Shown: in pieces, positions 30,298 through 38,228 of the stretch
Numbering within the stretch: the first letter of the stretch is position 1
Layout: every line of letters starts with the position of its first letter
Source of the DNA: Alphaproteobacteria bacterium
GTDB taxonomy: Bacteria; Pseudomonadota; Alphaproteobacteria; Sphingomonadales; Sphingomonadaceae
Direction of reading: 5' to 3'
Assembly (NCBI GenBank): GCA_005883305.1
Contig: VBAC01000002.1
Span: 178,527 to 242,526, forward strand
DNA: 64,000 nucleotides
The notes under the pieces: model-generated
What the model saw: only the letters and a program-made list of their open reading frames with translations
Told to the model about the DNA's origin: nothing
The model's database searches: none
Position numbers and translations under genes: made by a program

Positions 30298-30414
30298 GGG
30301 ACCTGCACTCATGCCCGGAGGTGGCCGTGATCGGCCGGAGAAGCCGGCTGGCAAGGAGGGCGGTGAAGGCCGGGCCCGCCCGTCACGACCGCCTCCGGGC
30401 ATGAGTGCAGGTCC
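30298..30414 (-). repeat. 117-nt inverted repeat (32-nt arms, 2 mismatches that could be G-U pairs, ~52-nt loop) filling the spacer between the beta-hydroxylase and Oxy-A genes
   Basis: Left arm 30298-30330 is gggacctgcactcatgcccggaggtggccgtga. The right arm 30383-30414 reverse-complements to ggacctgcactcatgcccggaggcggtcgtga. Confidence 0.8.
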
Positions 30415-30417
30415 TTT

Positions 30418-31599
30418 TCACAGGCCCTCCAGCGCATCGGCGGGATCCGACTCGGCGAGGATCGTTGCAACCGCCTCGCGCTCGGCCGACGAAAGATCCG
30501 GGTGCCACGTGTCGACGATGAGGATCACTCTAAGGGAATTGCTCGGGTTCATCGCTTCATGCTCGATCGTGTCGTCGAACACCCATGCCTTTCCGGCTTC
30601 CCACTCGCGCGTCTCCGCCCCGACCCTGAACCAGCACCCCGCCGGGACGATGAGCGGCAGGTGGCAGACGAGCCTGGTATTGGCGACTCCCGTGTGGGGC
30701 GGGATATGCGCCCCTGGCGCCAGCAGGGAGAACATCGCATTCGGGCCGCGCCGCGCTACGTTCGGCTGGGCGAGACCGCCGAGCAGCGCCATCGTCGCCG
30801 GGCAATGGCGCGCGTTCGCTTCGATCGTCACGCCGTTCTGGACGAGGTGGATCGCGGTCCAGGCCCGGTTGCGGTTGAGTTCCGCCCACTGTCTTAGCGG
30901 GACATCGTCCGGATATTGAACATAGGGGACCAGCTCAGCGAGCTCGGCGGCCATCACCCGTTCGAAATCGCCTCGAATGGACTGGGTCGCCTCCTCGAGC
31001 TGGCGGAGCCACGGGAAGAGCCGTCTTTCATGAAATTCGCGCTCCCGAAGGCCCGGATAGTGAAAATGGCTGGGCTCGCTGTGAAACGGGCGGGTCTTTC
31101 GCAGCACGTTGGTTTGAAAGCGCTCGAACCGCGCCCGCTCGTCCTCGTCCAGCGCCGCCTCGGCACCCGCGCTCGCGGCGCGAAAGCGCCCGGCGGTTTC
31201 GGCGAGATATTCCTCGTGCCGCCGCCGCGCTTCGGCCGTCAGGGCCGCAAGCGGCGCGGGCACCGGATCGGGGGCCTGGGCCAGCGCATGGCCGTACGTC
31301 TCTCCGGCCGCGCCGCTCCGGCCCATTCGATCCAGCAGATTCGCCTTGAGCAGCAACGGCATGAAACCGAGCGGATCGACGCGTAGGGCGCCCGACACCG
31401 CGTCCAACGCTCCCCCCAGATCCTGTGTCGCGCGGCACATCGCGGCGAGCTTCATCCAAAGGTCGATCCGGCCGGCCTCGACCGTGACCGCTTGCTCGAG
31501 CAGGCGCCGGGCGCCGGGCGCATCGCCCCCCTGGGCGGCGCGATCGGCCTGCGCCTCGAGAGCGGCGGCGGATGCTTGTGAATTCAGGCCTTGGTTCAC
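30418..31599 (-). CDS. TPR-repeat protein fused to an aspartyl/asparaginyl beta-hydroxylase domain (Asp_Arg_Hydrox, PF05118-like)
   Basis: C-terminal GAHIPPHTGVANTRLVCHLPLIVP...WEAGKAWVFDDTIEHEAMNPS..RVILIVD. The track start (TTG 31629) sits inside the terminator T-tract, so GTG 31599 is preferred. Start is uncertain. Confidence 0.78.
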   Translation of the reverse strand: MNQGLNSQASAAALEAQADRAAQGGDAPGARRLLEQAVTVEAGRIDLWMKLAAMCRATQDLGGALDAVSGALRVDPLGFMPLLLKANLLDRMGRSGAAGETYGHALAQAPDPVPAPLAALTAEARRRHEEYLAETAGRFRAASAGAEAALDEDERARFERFQTNVLRKTRPFHSEPSHFHYPGLREREFHERRLFPWLRQLEEATQSIRGDFERVMAAELAELVPYVQYPDDVPLRQWAELNRNRAWTAIHLVQNGVTIEANARHCPATMALLGGLAQPNVARRGPNAMFSLLAPGAHIPPHTGVANTRLVCHLPLIVPAGCWFRVGAETREWEAGKAWVFDDTIEHEAMNPSNSLRVILIVDTWHPDLSSAEREAVATILAESDPADALEGL

Positions 31600-31626
31600 G
31601 GGGCGCTTTCTAGCGCGGCTGGCCCG

Positions 31627-31658
31627 CAAAAGAAAACGGCGGGCCGAAGCCCGCCGTC
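31627..31658 (-). terminator. rho-independent terminator directly after the TonB-dependent receptor gene
   Basis: Minus strand reads cGGCGGGC-TTCG-GCCCGCCg followed by TTTTCTTTTG, about 25 nt after the receptor stop (31681-31683). Confidence 0.8.
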
Positions 31659-31680
31659 GAGTTTTTGGAAGTGTCTCGCC

Positions 31681-34600
31681 TTAGAAGTCGAGAGACACGC
31701 CGGCGAAGATGTAGCGGCCGAGCGCGTCGTACACCTGGGTGTAGGCGTTGCCGTTACAGATGCCCGCCGGGCAGGCGTTGCTGCCGACGAGCGGCGGATC
31801 GCGGTCGAACAGGTTATTGACGCCCAGGCGGAAGTTGTAGTGGTCGCCGATCCGGGCCGTCAGGGTCAGATCGATGTAGGACTGCGACGGGATCCTGGCA
31901 TCGGCCGGACGGAGACCGTTGAGCTGCGCCGTGGTCGGCGTGGCGCCGCCGGCGAAGTTCAGCGAGTCGTTCGGGCTCAGCAGGTCCAGATCGACCCCCG
32001 AGAAATACCGCCAGCGGGCGCTCAGCCCGATGCCGTCAGGCAGGTTCCAGGTCACGCGGAACTGGTGCCTCCACTCGGGGCTCGGAGTGCCGCACTGCGT
32101 GCCGAAATAGCCCGTGCAGTCGTAGGGAGTCGACACGCCGTTGTCGGTGATCAGGCGATCCAGCCAGGTGCCGACGAAGTTGAAGCCGAGACCGCCCCAT
32201 CCTTCGCTGATCTCCATGCTGTAGCTCGCCTGGATGTCGATGCCGCGGGTCTTCTTCTCACCGATGTTGATCGAAAGATCGCTGACATAGCCATTCGACG
32301 TCCTCCACAGCGAGCCGAACTGGTCGCGGTGAACGAGGCCGCAGAAGGTCGGATCGAGTGTGGCGGCGCAGGTCGCGAGGATCGTGTCGGCGCCGACGCC
32401 CTGGATGAACGAGTCGACCTGAATGTCGAACCAGTCGACCGACAGAGCGAAGCGCGGCAGGAAGGTCGGCTGGAACACGAATCCGACGGTCCAGGTATCC
32501 GCGACTTCCGGATCGAGGTTCGGGTTGCCGCCGATCAGGCCGTTATACTGCGACGCCTGGTTCGGCTGGATGGCGCCGAACTGGGCCGCGGTGACGCCCA
32601 TCGCCTGGCAGGCGGCCAGGTTGGCACCGCCGGCCACCACGCCGCCGACTACGCCGATGCCCGCGCAGGGATCGGTGCTGCCGTCGAGAACGACGCGCTG
32701 GGGAGCGAACAGCTCCTGGATGTTCGGAGCGCGAACGGCGCGGTTGTAGGCGGCGCGGAAACGGATGTCGCGGATCGGCGCCAGGTCGAGGCCGATCTTG
32801 TAGGCATCCGTGCTCACGCTGCGGGCACCAAGGCCGTAATCAGAGTAGCGATAGCCGGCCTCGAGCGAGAAGTTGTACAGGAACCCCTCCTCGACGATCG
32901 GGATGCGGACCTCGGCGAAGGCTTCCTTGACGTCGAAGCTGCCGTTGACCGGAAGCGTCGGGGCGCCCTGGCCGGCGAGGTCGCTCGACGGAAGCGTCGA
33001 GAAGGCCTGGTCGACGAGAAGCTCCAGCGATTCCTTGCGATACTCGAGGCCGAAGGCGACGCCGACGCCGGACTGCGCCCAGGGAAGCTGGATGCCCCAG
33101 CCGCCGAGGTTGCCCGTGATCGACGCGTTGGCGACGGTCTCCTGGTTCACGCCGCGCTGCAGGCCCGGGGTCTGCAGGTAGGTGAGAGCCGCGGGATTGA
33201 CGGCGTTGAGAGCGAAAATGTCCCAGGGAACGCAGCTCGGATCCGATCCGTCCAGGACCGCGCGGCAGATCGGCTGGACGCCGGCCACGCGCGGATCGTC
33301 GATGACGTCGAGCGCGAGGCCGAGACGGCGGACCGAGAAGTCGTTCGAGTAGGTCTCGGCGAAGTTCGTTTGACCGAACTGGTAGTACATGTCGTACGAC
33401 CAGACATCGTCCAGATCGCCGCGCATGCCGGCGACGATGCGGTAGCTGGTGTGCTGCAGGTCGTCGCGGCGGCCGCCGCCTTCGACGTTGCGGCGCAGCG
33501 GCTGGAGCACAGCGCGGTTATAGGGCGTGCCGGTGGTCGGATCGATGAACACGGCCGGAGGCGGCACGGGCGCGCCCGGGCCGCGGTTGGCATTGACCGA
33601 CAGGCCGTCGGCGGCGAGCAGGTTGCCCGGAGCGCAGACGATGGCGCGCTCCTGAGCGGACATCAGCGGGTTGTCGCAGTTGATGTTCAGCGTGTTGCCG
33701 AAGTTGCCCGACGGAGCGATCTGGGCGACCGTGCGGTCGTCCATGAACATCACTTCCATGTAGGGCTTCAGCGCTTCGCTGATCTCATAGCTGGCGAAGG
33801 CGCCGAGCACGTAGCGCTCGTCGGGGCGCTGATAAAAGTTGGTCGGCGCGAAGTTGTAGGGCGTCGAGCCGGGGATGAAGGTCCGGTTCGGCCCGACCTG
33901 GAACGTTCCGGTGTTCGTGAAGAACGTGCCGTTCGCCGAGGTGCCGGAGCCGCCGCAGGTGAAGTCCGTGGTGCCCGCTGCGCCGCCGGTGCCGACGCCG
34001 GCGGCGATCTGGCCGGCCGTGCGCGACGTGAGGGCGCAGGAGCTGTAGTCGCGCCGGCCCTGGGTGATCTGGTCGGTGTGACGGTAGCCGGCATAAGCGA
34101 GGACGTGGCCGCGGCCGTCGTCGAAGGCCGCGCCGATCGCGAGATTGGCATCCCAGGTGCCGCCGTCGGCGACGTTGCCCGTCGGATAGCCGAACCGCCT
34201 GTTCGGAGCGTCGAGAGCGGCGAGGACCGAAGTCCGCGCGCTGTTCTCATGCTGGAAGAAGCTGTACTGCGAATCGACGCGGACGCCGGTGAAATCGGTG
34301 TCCATGACGAAGTTGACGACGCCGGAGACGGCGTCCGAGCCGTAGACCGAGGAGGCGCCGCCGGTCAGCACGTCGACGCGCTGGATCATCATCGCGGGGA
34401 TGAAGTTGATGTCCGCGAACGGAACCGACGGATCGCCCGGGACGAGGCGGCGGCCGTTGATCAGGACGAGGGTGCGGGCCGGGCCGAGGTTGCGAAGATC
34501 GAGGGTCGCGGTGCCCGAAGCGCCGTTCGAAACGGTGCTGCTCTGGCCGGCGAAGACCTGCGGCAGCGAGTTGACGAGATCCTCGGCGCGGACCGTGCCG

Positions 34601-34836
34601 GTCGCGCGGACCTCTTCGCTGTTGACGGCGGTGACGGGGCTGACCGAGGTGAGGTTCGGCTGGCGGATGCGCGAACCGGTGATGGTGATCGCCGGCTCTT
34701 CCTGAGCCACGGCTTCGACGGGGCCGGCCTGGGGCTGCTGATCGTTCTGCGCGAACGCGGGCGTTGCAACGCCCGCCGTGCCACAGATGATCGTCGTGGC
34801 GAGCAGGTTGCTCAGAAACTGATTCTTGTACCTCAT
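31681..34836 (-). CDS. TonB-dependent outer-membrane receptor (1051 aa)
   Basis: Signal peptide ending PAFAQ. TonB-box/plug region AITITGSRIRQ...LDLRNLGPARTLVLINGRR. Long beta-barrel with aromatic-rich strands. C-terminal ...YIFAGVSLDF with terminal Phe. Confidence 0.9.
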   Translation of the reverse strand: MRYKNQFLSNLLATTIICGTAGVATPAFAQNDQQPQAGPVEAVAQEEPAITITGSRIRQPNLTSVSPVTAVNSEEVRATGTVRAEDLVNSLPQVFAGQSSTVSNGASGTATLDLRNLGPARTLVLINGRRLVPGDPSVPFADINFIPAMMIQRVDVLTGGASSVYGSDAVSGVVNFVMDTDFTGVRVDSQYSFFQHENSARTSVLAALDAPNRRFGYPTGNVADGGTWDANLAIGAAFDDGRGHVLAYAGYRHTDQITQGRRDYSSCALTSRTAGQIAAGVGTGGAAGTTDFTCGGSGTSANGTFFTNTGTFQVGPNRTFIPGSTPYNFAPTNFYQRPDERYVLGAFASYEISEALKPYMEVMFMDDRTVAQIAPSGNFGNTLNINCDNPLMSAQERAIVCAPGNLLAADGLSVNANRGPGAPVPPPAVFIDPTTGTPYNRAVLQPLRRNVEGGGRRDDLQHTSYRIVAGMRGDLDDVWSYDMYYQFGQTNFAETYSNDFSVRRLGLALDVIDDPRVAGVQPICRAVLDGSDPSCVPWDIFALNAVNPAALTYLQTPGLQRGVNQETVANASITGNLGGWGIQLPWAQSGVGVAFGLEYRKESLELLVDQAFSTLPSSDLAGQGAPTLPVNGSFDVKEAFAEVRIPIVEEGFLYNFSLEAGYRYSDYGLGARSVSTDAYKIGLDLAPIRDIRFRAAYNRAVRAPNIQELFAPQRVVLDGSTDPCAGIGVVGGVVAGGANLAACQAMGVTAAQFGAIQPNQASQYNGLIGGNPNLDPEVADTWTVGFVFQPTFLPRFALSVDWFDIQVDSFIQGVGADTILATCAATLDPTFCGLVHRDQFGSLWRTSNGYVSDLSINIGEKKTRGIDIQASYSMEISEGWGGLGFNFVGTWLDRLITDNGVSTPYDCTGYFGTQCGTPSPEWRHQFRVTWNLPDGIGLSARWRYFSGVDLDLLSPNDSLNFAGGATPTTAQLNGLRPADARIPSQSYIDLTLTARIGDHYNFRLGVNNLFDRDPPLVGSNACPAGICNGNAYTQVYDALGRYIFAGVSLDF

Positions 34837-34969
34837 GTCGGTCCCCTTAGATCGGCCGCGGCCGTGATTCGTGCACCGGACAGAATCCGGTGGTGCAGAC
34901 TGCGTTTAGGGGATGAAACGAATCCGACGCAATCGGGACGGGCTCGGCGTCCCGCCATTTTTGCCCGGC

Positions 34970-34985
34970 GTGGCAAAATTGCCAC
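34970..34985. promoter_or_regulatory. 16-bp palindrome GTGGCAA-AA-TTGCCAC in the divergent promoter region upstream of the TonB-dependent receptor
   Basis: Perfect 7+7 inverted repeat about 135 nt upstream of the receptor ATG (34836) and about 100 nt upstream of the divergent gene (35084). Operator-like, but the binding protein is unknown. Confidence 0.4.
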
Positions 34986-35083
34986 AATGCGAAACGCGGC
35001 TCCGCGAGGCTTGCGCAACCCCGGCGCCGTCCGCCATACCCTGCTTTCGACAGCCTAACAGACCTGGGAATGGGACCGCCATC

Positions 35084-35644
35084 ATGTCACGCAAGCCGCT
35101 CTTGCTCGCCGCCGTCATGCTCGGCCTCGTATCCGCCGCTTACGCGCAGGGCGGCGATCCCGCGCCGCAGGCTAAGCAGAATCAGGCGCGGCCCGAGCTG
35201 TTCGAGGCGCTCGTCCGATGCCGTGCGATTTCCGGGGACGCCGAGCGGCTGCGCTGCTTCGACACGGCCTCCGCAGCGCTCGAGCAGGCGGCGGAACGGC
35301 GCGAGCTGGTCGTCGTCGATCGCGCCCAGGTCCGCGAAAGCCGGCGCCGGCTGTTCGGCCTCGCTTTGCCGAGCCTGCCGATCTTCGGCGGCGGCGACGA
35401 CAGCCAGGCGGCGGAGGACGAGGTGACCTCGCTCGAGGGGACCGTGGCCTCGGCCAGCCAGGACAGCCTCGGCCACTGGATGGTCCGCCTCGCCGACGGC
35501 AGCCTGTGGGTGCAGACCGACAACCGCCAGCTTGCGCTTCGCCCGCGAAACGGCCAGCCCGTGGTGATCAACCGCGCCGCGCTCGGCTCCTACATGATGC
35601 GGGTCAACAACCAGCCGGGCGTCAGGGTGCGCCGCCAGCTCTAG
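35084..35644 (+). CDS. secreted hypothetical protein (186 aa)
   Basis: Internal ATG at 35084 gives MSRKPLLLAAVMLGLVSAAYAQ (signal peptide). Two Cys in CRAISGDAERLRC. No family recognised. Confidence 0.6.
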   Translation: MSRKPLLLAAVMLGLVSAAYAQGGDPAPQAKQNQARPELFEALVRCRAISGDAERLRCFDTASAALEQAAERRELVVVDRAQVRESRRRLFGLALPSLPIFGGGDDSQAAEDEVTSLEGTVASASQDSLGHWMVRLADGSLWVQTDNRQLALRPRNGQPVVINRAALGSYMMRVNNQPGVRVRRQL

Positions 35645-35670
35645 CGCGGAATTCGAGCGGGCCTGCACCT

Positions 35671-35774
35671 GTTCCCCGGCGAAGGCCGGGGTCCAGGAGC
35701 CGGAGGCTTTCCGCAAGGCCTTCGTCCGAAACCCGGCGATCGCCGGGCCTGGGCCCCGGCCTTCGCCGGGGAAC
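35671..35774. repeat. family A inverted-repeat element
   Basis: Termini 35671-35697 and 35748-35774 match the other family A copies. Lies between a convergent gene pair. Confidence 0.7.
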
Positions 35775-35801
35775 GCTGAGGGCGATTAAGCGGATCCGGC
35801 C

Positions 35802-36641
35802 CTAGCGCGGTGCTCCCCCGACCGCTGCGGCCGGATCGATCCGGGCCCCGTTCCAGACCAGGCTCCAGTGGAGGTGCGGCCCCGTCGCCCGGCCGGTCGC
35901 CCCGACCGTGCCGATCCGCTCGCCCCGCCGAACCGCCTGGCCGACGCGCACGCTCGCGCTGGACAGATGGAGAAAGGCGCTGCTCAGCCCCATTCCGTGA
36001 TCGACGATTACCAGATTGCCTTCGAGGCTGAAGCCCGGCGGCGGGGCAAGGGTGACGATCCCGTCCGCCGGCGCCACCACCTCGGCTCCCGCGCCCGCTG
36101 CGATGTCGGCGCCGCTATGATAGGCCGCCGGAACCCCGCCCGAATAGATTCGCTGCGACCCGAAGCGCCCGCTGAGGCGCCCGCGCGCGGGCCAGACGAA
36201 CGCCTGGGACCAGCCCATGCTCGCCGAGCGGCGCTCGCGCGCCGCGCCGATCCGCCGCAGCTCTCCTTCCCTCATGCGCTGAAATTCCGGAGTCGGACCG
36301 CCGGCCGGCCGGGCCATGGCGACATGCTGGATCGGCCATGCCCGCGGCGCGACCGCAAGCCGCCGCTCGATCCGCTGGCCATTGGCAAGGCGCGCCTCAA
36401 GCAGCGCGGAGGGCGGCGCGTCGCGGTCGAAGCCGAGCAGGAAGCGGCCATCCGGGGCGAGCGGCACATCGCGTCCGTCGAGCGTGAGCGACGCCGCGCC
36501 CTGGGGCGCCACGCCGTGAAGCAAGCCGCCCTGGACGGGCGCCCCGTCGATCCGCAGCTGTTGGGGGGCGGCCTGAGCGGATAGCGCAAGCGCGGCGAGG
36601 AGGGCGATCAGCGGCCGCACGAAGCGCCGCCCCGCTCTCAC
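35802..36641 (-). CDS. M23 family (LytM/lysostaphin-type) metalloendopeptidase
   Basis: YHSGADI (HxxxD) and GPHLHWSL (HxH) motifs. N-terminal signal RPLIALLAALALSAQA. GTG 36641 forms a GTGA overlap with the upstream DUF2093 stop. Confidence 0.82.
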   Translation of the reverse strand: MRAGRRFVRPLIALLAALALSAQAAPQQLRIDGAPVQGGLLHGVAPQGAASLTLDGRDVPLAPDGRFLLGFDRDAPPSALLEARLANGQRIERRLAVAPRAWPIQHVAMARPAGGPTPEFQRMREGELRRIGAARERRSASMGWSQAFVWPARGRLSGRFGSQRIYSGGVPAAYHSGADIAAGAGAEVVAPADGIVTLAPPPGFSLEGNLVIVDHGMGLSSAFLHLSSASVRVGQAVRRGERIGTVGATGRATGPHLHWSLVWNGARIDPAAAVGGAPR

Positions 36642-36835
36642 CTCTTGCCTTCCGCCTCGAGCGAGGCCTGGGCCGAGGCATAGGCCTCCTGCCGCTCGAC
36701 GCTCCAATATTTGAGGTCGGCGAGCGGGATCGGCTGGCGCGTGACCGCGCAGAGCACGTGATCGCCAGGGCTCAGCACCCGGAAGGTGCCGGAAAGATAG
36801 TGGAGCCGGGCGAGGCGGGCGTTTTGCATCAACAT
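36638..36835 (-). CDS. DUF2093-like small protein (65 aa)
   Basis: ARLHYLSGTFRVLSPGDHVLCAVTRQPIPLADLKYWSVERQEAY resembles the alphaproteobacterial DUF2093 family. From memory, not searched. Confidence 0.6.
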   Translation of the reverse strand: MLMQNARLARLHYLSGTFRVLSPGDHVLCAVTRQPIPLADLKYWSVERQEAYASAQASLEAEGKR

Positions 36836-36848
36836 GGCTTGCGTTCCG

Positions 36849-38228
36849 TTACAGCAGCTTGGGCTGGTCGGCCTTGCCCTTTAGATAAGGCGCGCGCCTC
36901 GGCCGCTCAACCGTCCCGGTCTCCACCTCCACCGCGCCGTCCTTGAAGTGAAGCTTCAGCGCCCTCGCCTCGCGTGCAGCCGCTGCATTGACGAGGGTGT
37001 GCCCGGAGCGGTCGGTGACCCGCGCGTAGCCGCGCTCGAGCGGCTTTTCGGGATGGGCGAGCTGGGCCACCCGCCAAAGCGAGGCGAGCCTTTCCCGGGC
37101 GCGGCGATGGGCGGCCTCGAGCAAGGCTGGCCGAAGCGCCCCGCCGGCGCGGCCGAGCTCGCCGCGCGCGCGGTCGATCCGTCCCTGAAGGCCGCGCGGA
37201 AGCCGCTCGGCCAGCTCGTCGAGCCGCTGCTGCTGCGGCGCGAGCAGGCCCGAGCGCTCTGGCCAGTGACGCAGGAGCGCCTGGAGCTGCTCGCCGCCCC
37301 GCTCCACCGTCCGCCGCGCGCAGCGCTCGCTGCGGGCGCCGAGTTCGCGCACCGAAGCGAGCAATTCGGCGCGCACCGGCACCGCCATCTCCGCCGCGGC
37401 GGTGGGGGTCGGCGCCCGCCGGTCGGCGGCGAAGTCGCACAAGGTGGTGTCGGTCTCGTGCCCCACGGCCGAGATGACCGGGATTTCGGAGCCGGCGACC
37501 GCGCGGACGACGACCTCCTCGTTGAATGCCCAGAGGTCCTCGATCGAGCCGCCGCCGCGGGCGACGATGAGCAGGTCCGGCCGCTCGGGAAGCGCGTTGA
37601 ACCCGGCGATCGCCGCTGCGACCTTCTCCGCCGCGCCGTCGCCCTGGACCGGCACCGGCCAGAGCACGACATGGGTCGGGAAACGGTCCTCGAGCCGGTG
37701 GAGAATGTCGCGGATCACCGCCCCGGTCGGCGAGCTGACCACGCCGATCAGGCGCGGAGCGAAGGGAAGCTTCTTCTTGCGCGCCTCGTCGAACAGCCCC
37801 TCGGCGGCGAGCGCTCGGCGGCGCTTGTCGAGCAAAGCCATCAGGGCGCCCTGCCCGGCCAGCTCGAGCCGCTCGACGACGATCTGGTAGCGCGAGCGCG
37901 CCGGATAGGTGGTGAGCTTTCCGGTCGCGACGACCTCGATCCCGTCCTCCGGCTGGAAGCGAAGAGCGCCCGCCTGGCCGCGCCAGATCACTGCGTCCAT
38001 GCAAGCCGAATCGTCCTTCAGGGTGAAATAGCAATGGCCCGAAGCGACCCGCTTGAACCCCGAAATCTCTCCGCGCACCCGGACATGGTCGAACGCCCCT
38101 TCGACGGTGCGCTTGAGCGAGGCCGACAGCTCGGAGACCGACTGGGCCGGCGCGTTGTCGCCGGGCGCCTCGGTTGCTAGGAGCGCCGCGTCGGTGAAGG
38201 GATCGTCGCTCATGAATGTGCTCATCAT
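36849..38228 (-). CDS. xseA: exodeoxyribonuclease VII large subunit
   Basis: [14 protein letters not shown]...[23 protein letters not shown] (OB fold) followed by the catalytic/coiled-coil body. The start is ambiguous (ATG at 38228, 38225 or 38213) and every option overlaps purD. Confidence 0.88.
   Translation of the reverse strand: MMSTFMSDDPFTDAALLATEAPGDNAPAQSVSELSASLKRTVEGAFDHVRVRGEISGFKRVASGHCYFTLKDDSACMDAVIWRGQAGALRFQPEDGIEVVATGKLTTYPARSRYQIVVERLELAGQGALMALLDKRRRALAAEGLFDEARKKKLPFAPRLIGVVSSPTGAVIRDILHRLEDRFPTHVVLWPVPVQGDGAAEKVAAAIAGFNALPERPDLLIVARGGGSIEDLWAFNEEVVVRAVAGSEIPVISAVGHETDTTLCDFAADRRAPTPTAAAEMAVPVRAELLASVRELGARSERCARRTVERGGEQLQALLRHWPERSGLLAPQQQRLDELAERLPRGLQGRIDRARGELGRAGGALRPALLEAAHRRARERLASLWRVAQLAHPEKPLERGYARVTDRSGHTLVNAAAAREARALKLHFKDGAVEVETGTVERPRRAPYLKGKADQPKLL

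Noticed and set aside
28801-30402. Longer N-terminus (starts at 30402 or 30312) for the Oxy-A gene
   Set aside because: The extra 30-40 codons are Pro/Gly/Arg-rich and lie within the 32-bp-stem inverted repeat. The ATG at 30282 has a good SD and aligns with the paralog's N-terminus.
34970-34985. Sigma-54 promoter reading of TGGCA....TTGCCA upstream of the receptor
   Set aside because: The GG-to-GC spacing is 7 nt, not the 10 nt of the -24/-12 consensus. I kept it only as a generic operator-like palindrome.
31591-35058. 1155-aa ORF on the plus strand
   Set aside because: It is exactly antisense to the TonB-dependent receptor. Its translation is Arg/Ala/Gly/Asp-rich with no recognisable motifs. 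This is a typical stop-poor antisense frame of high-GC DNA.
34837-35083. Riboswitch (cobalamin, TPP or other) in the TonB-dependent receptor leader, or upstream of cobS or thiL
   Set aside because: I could not recognise conserved riboswitch cores (for example a B12 box or the TPP CUGAGA motif) in these leaders. A covariance-model scan would be needed to exclude them formally.
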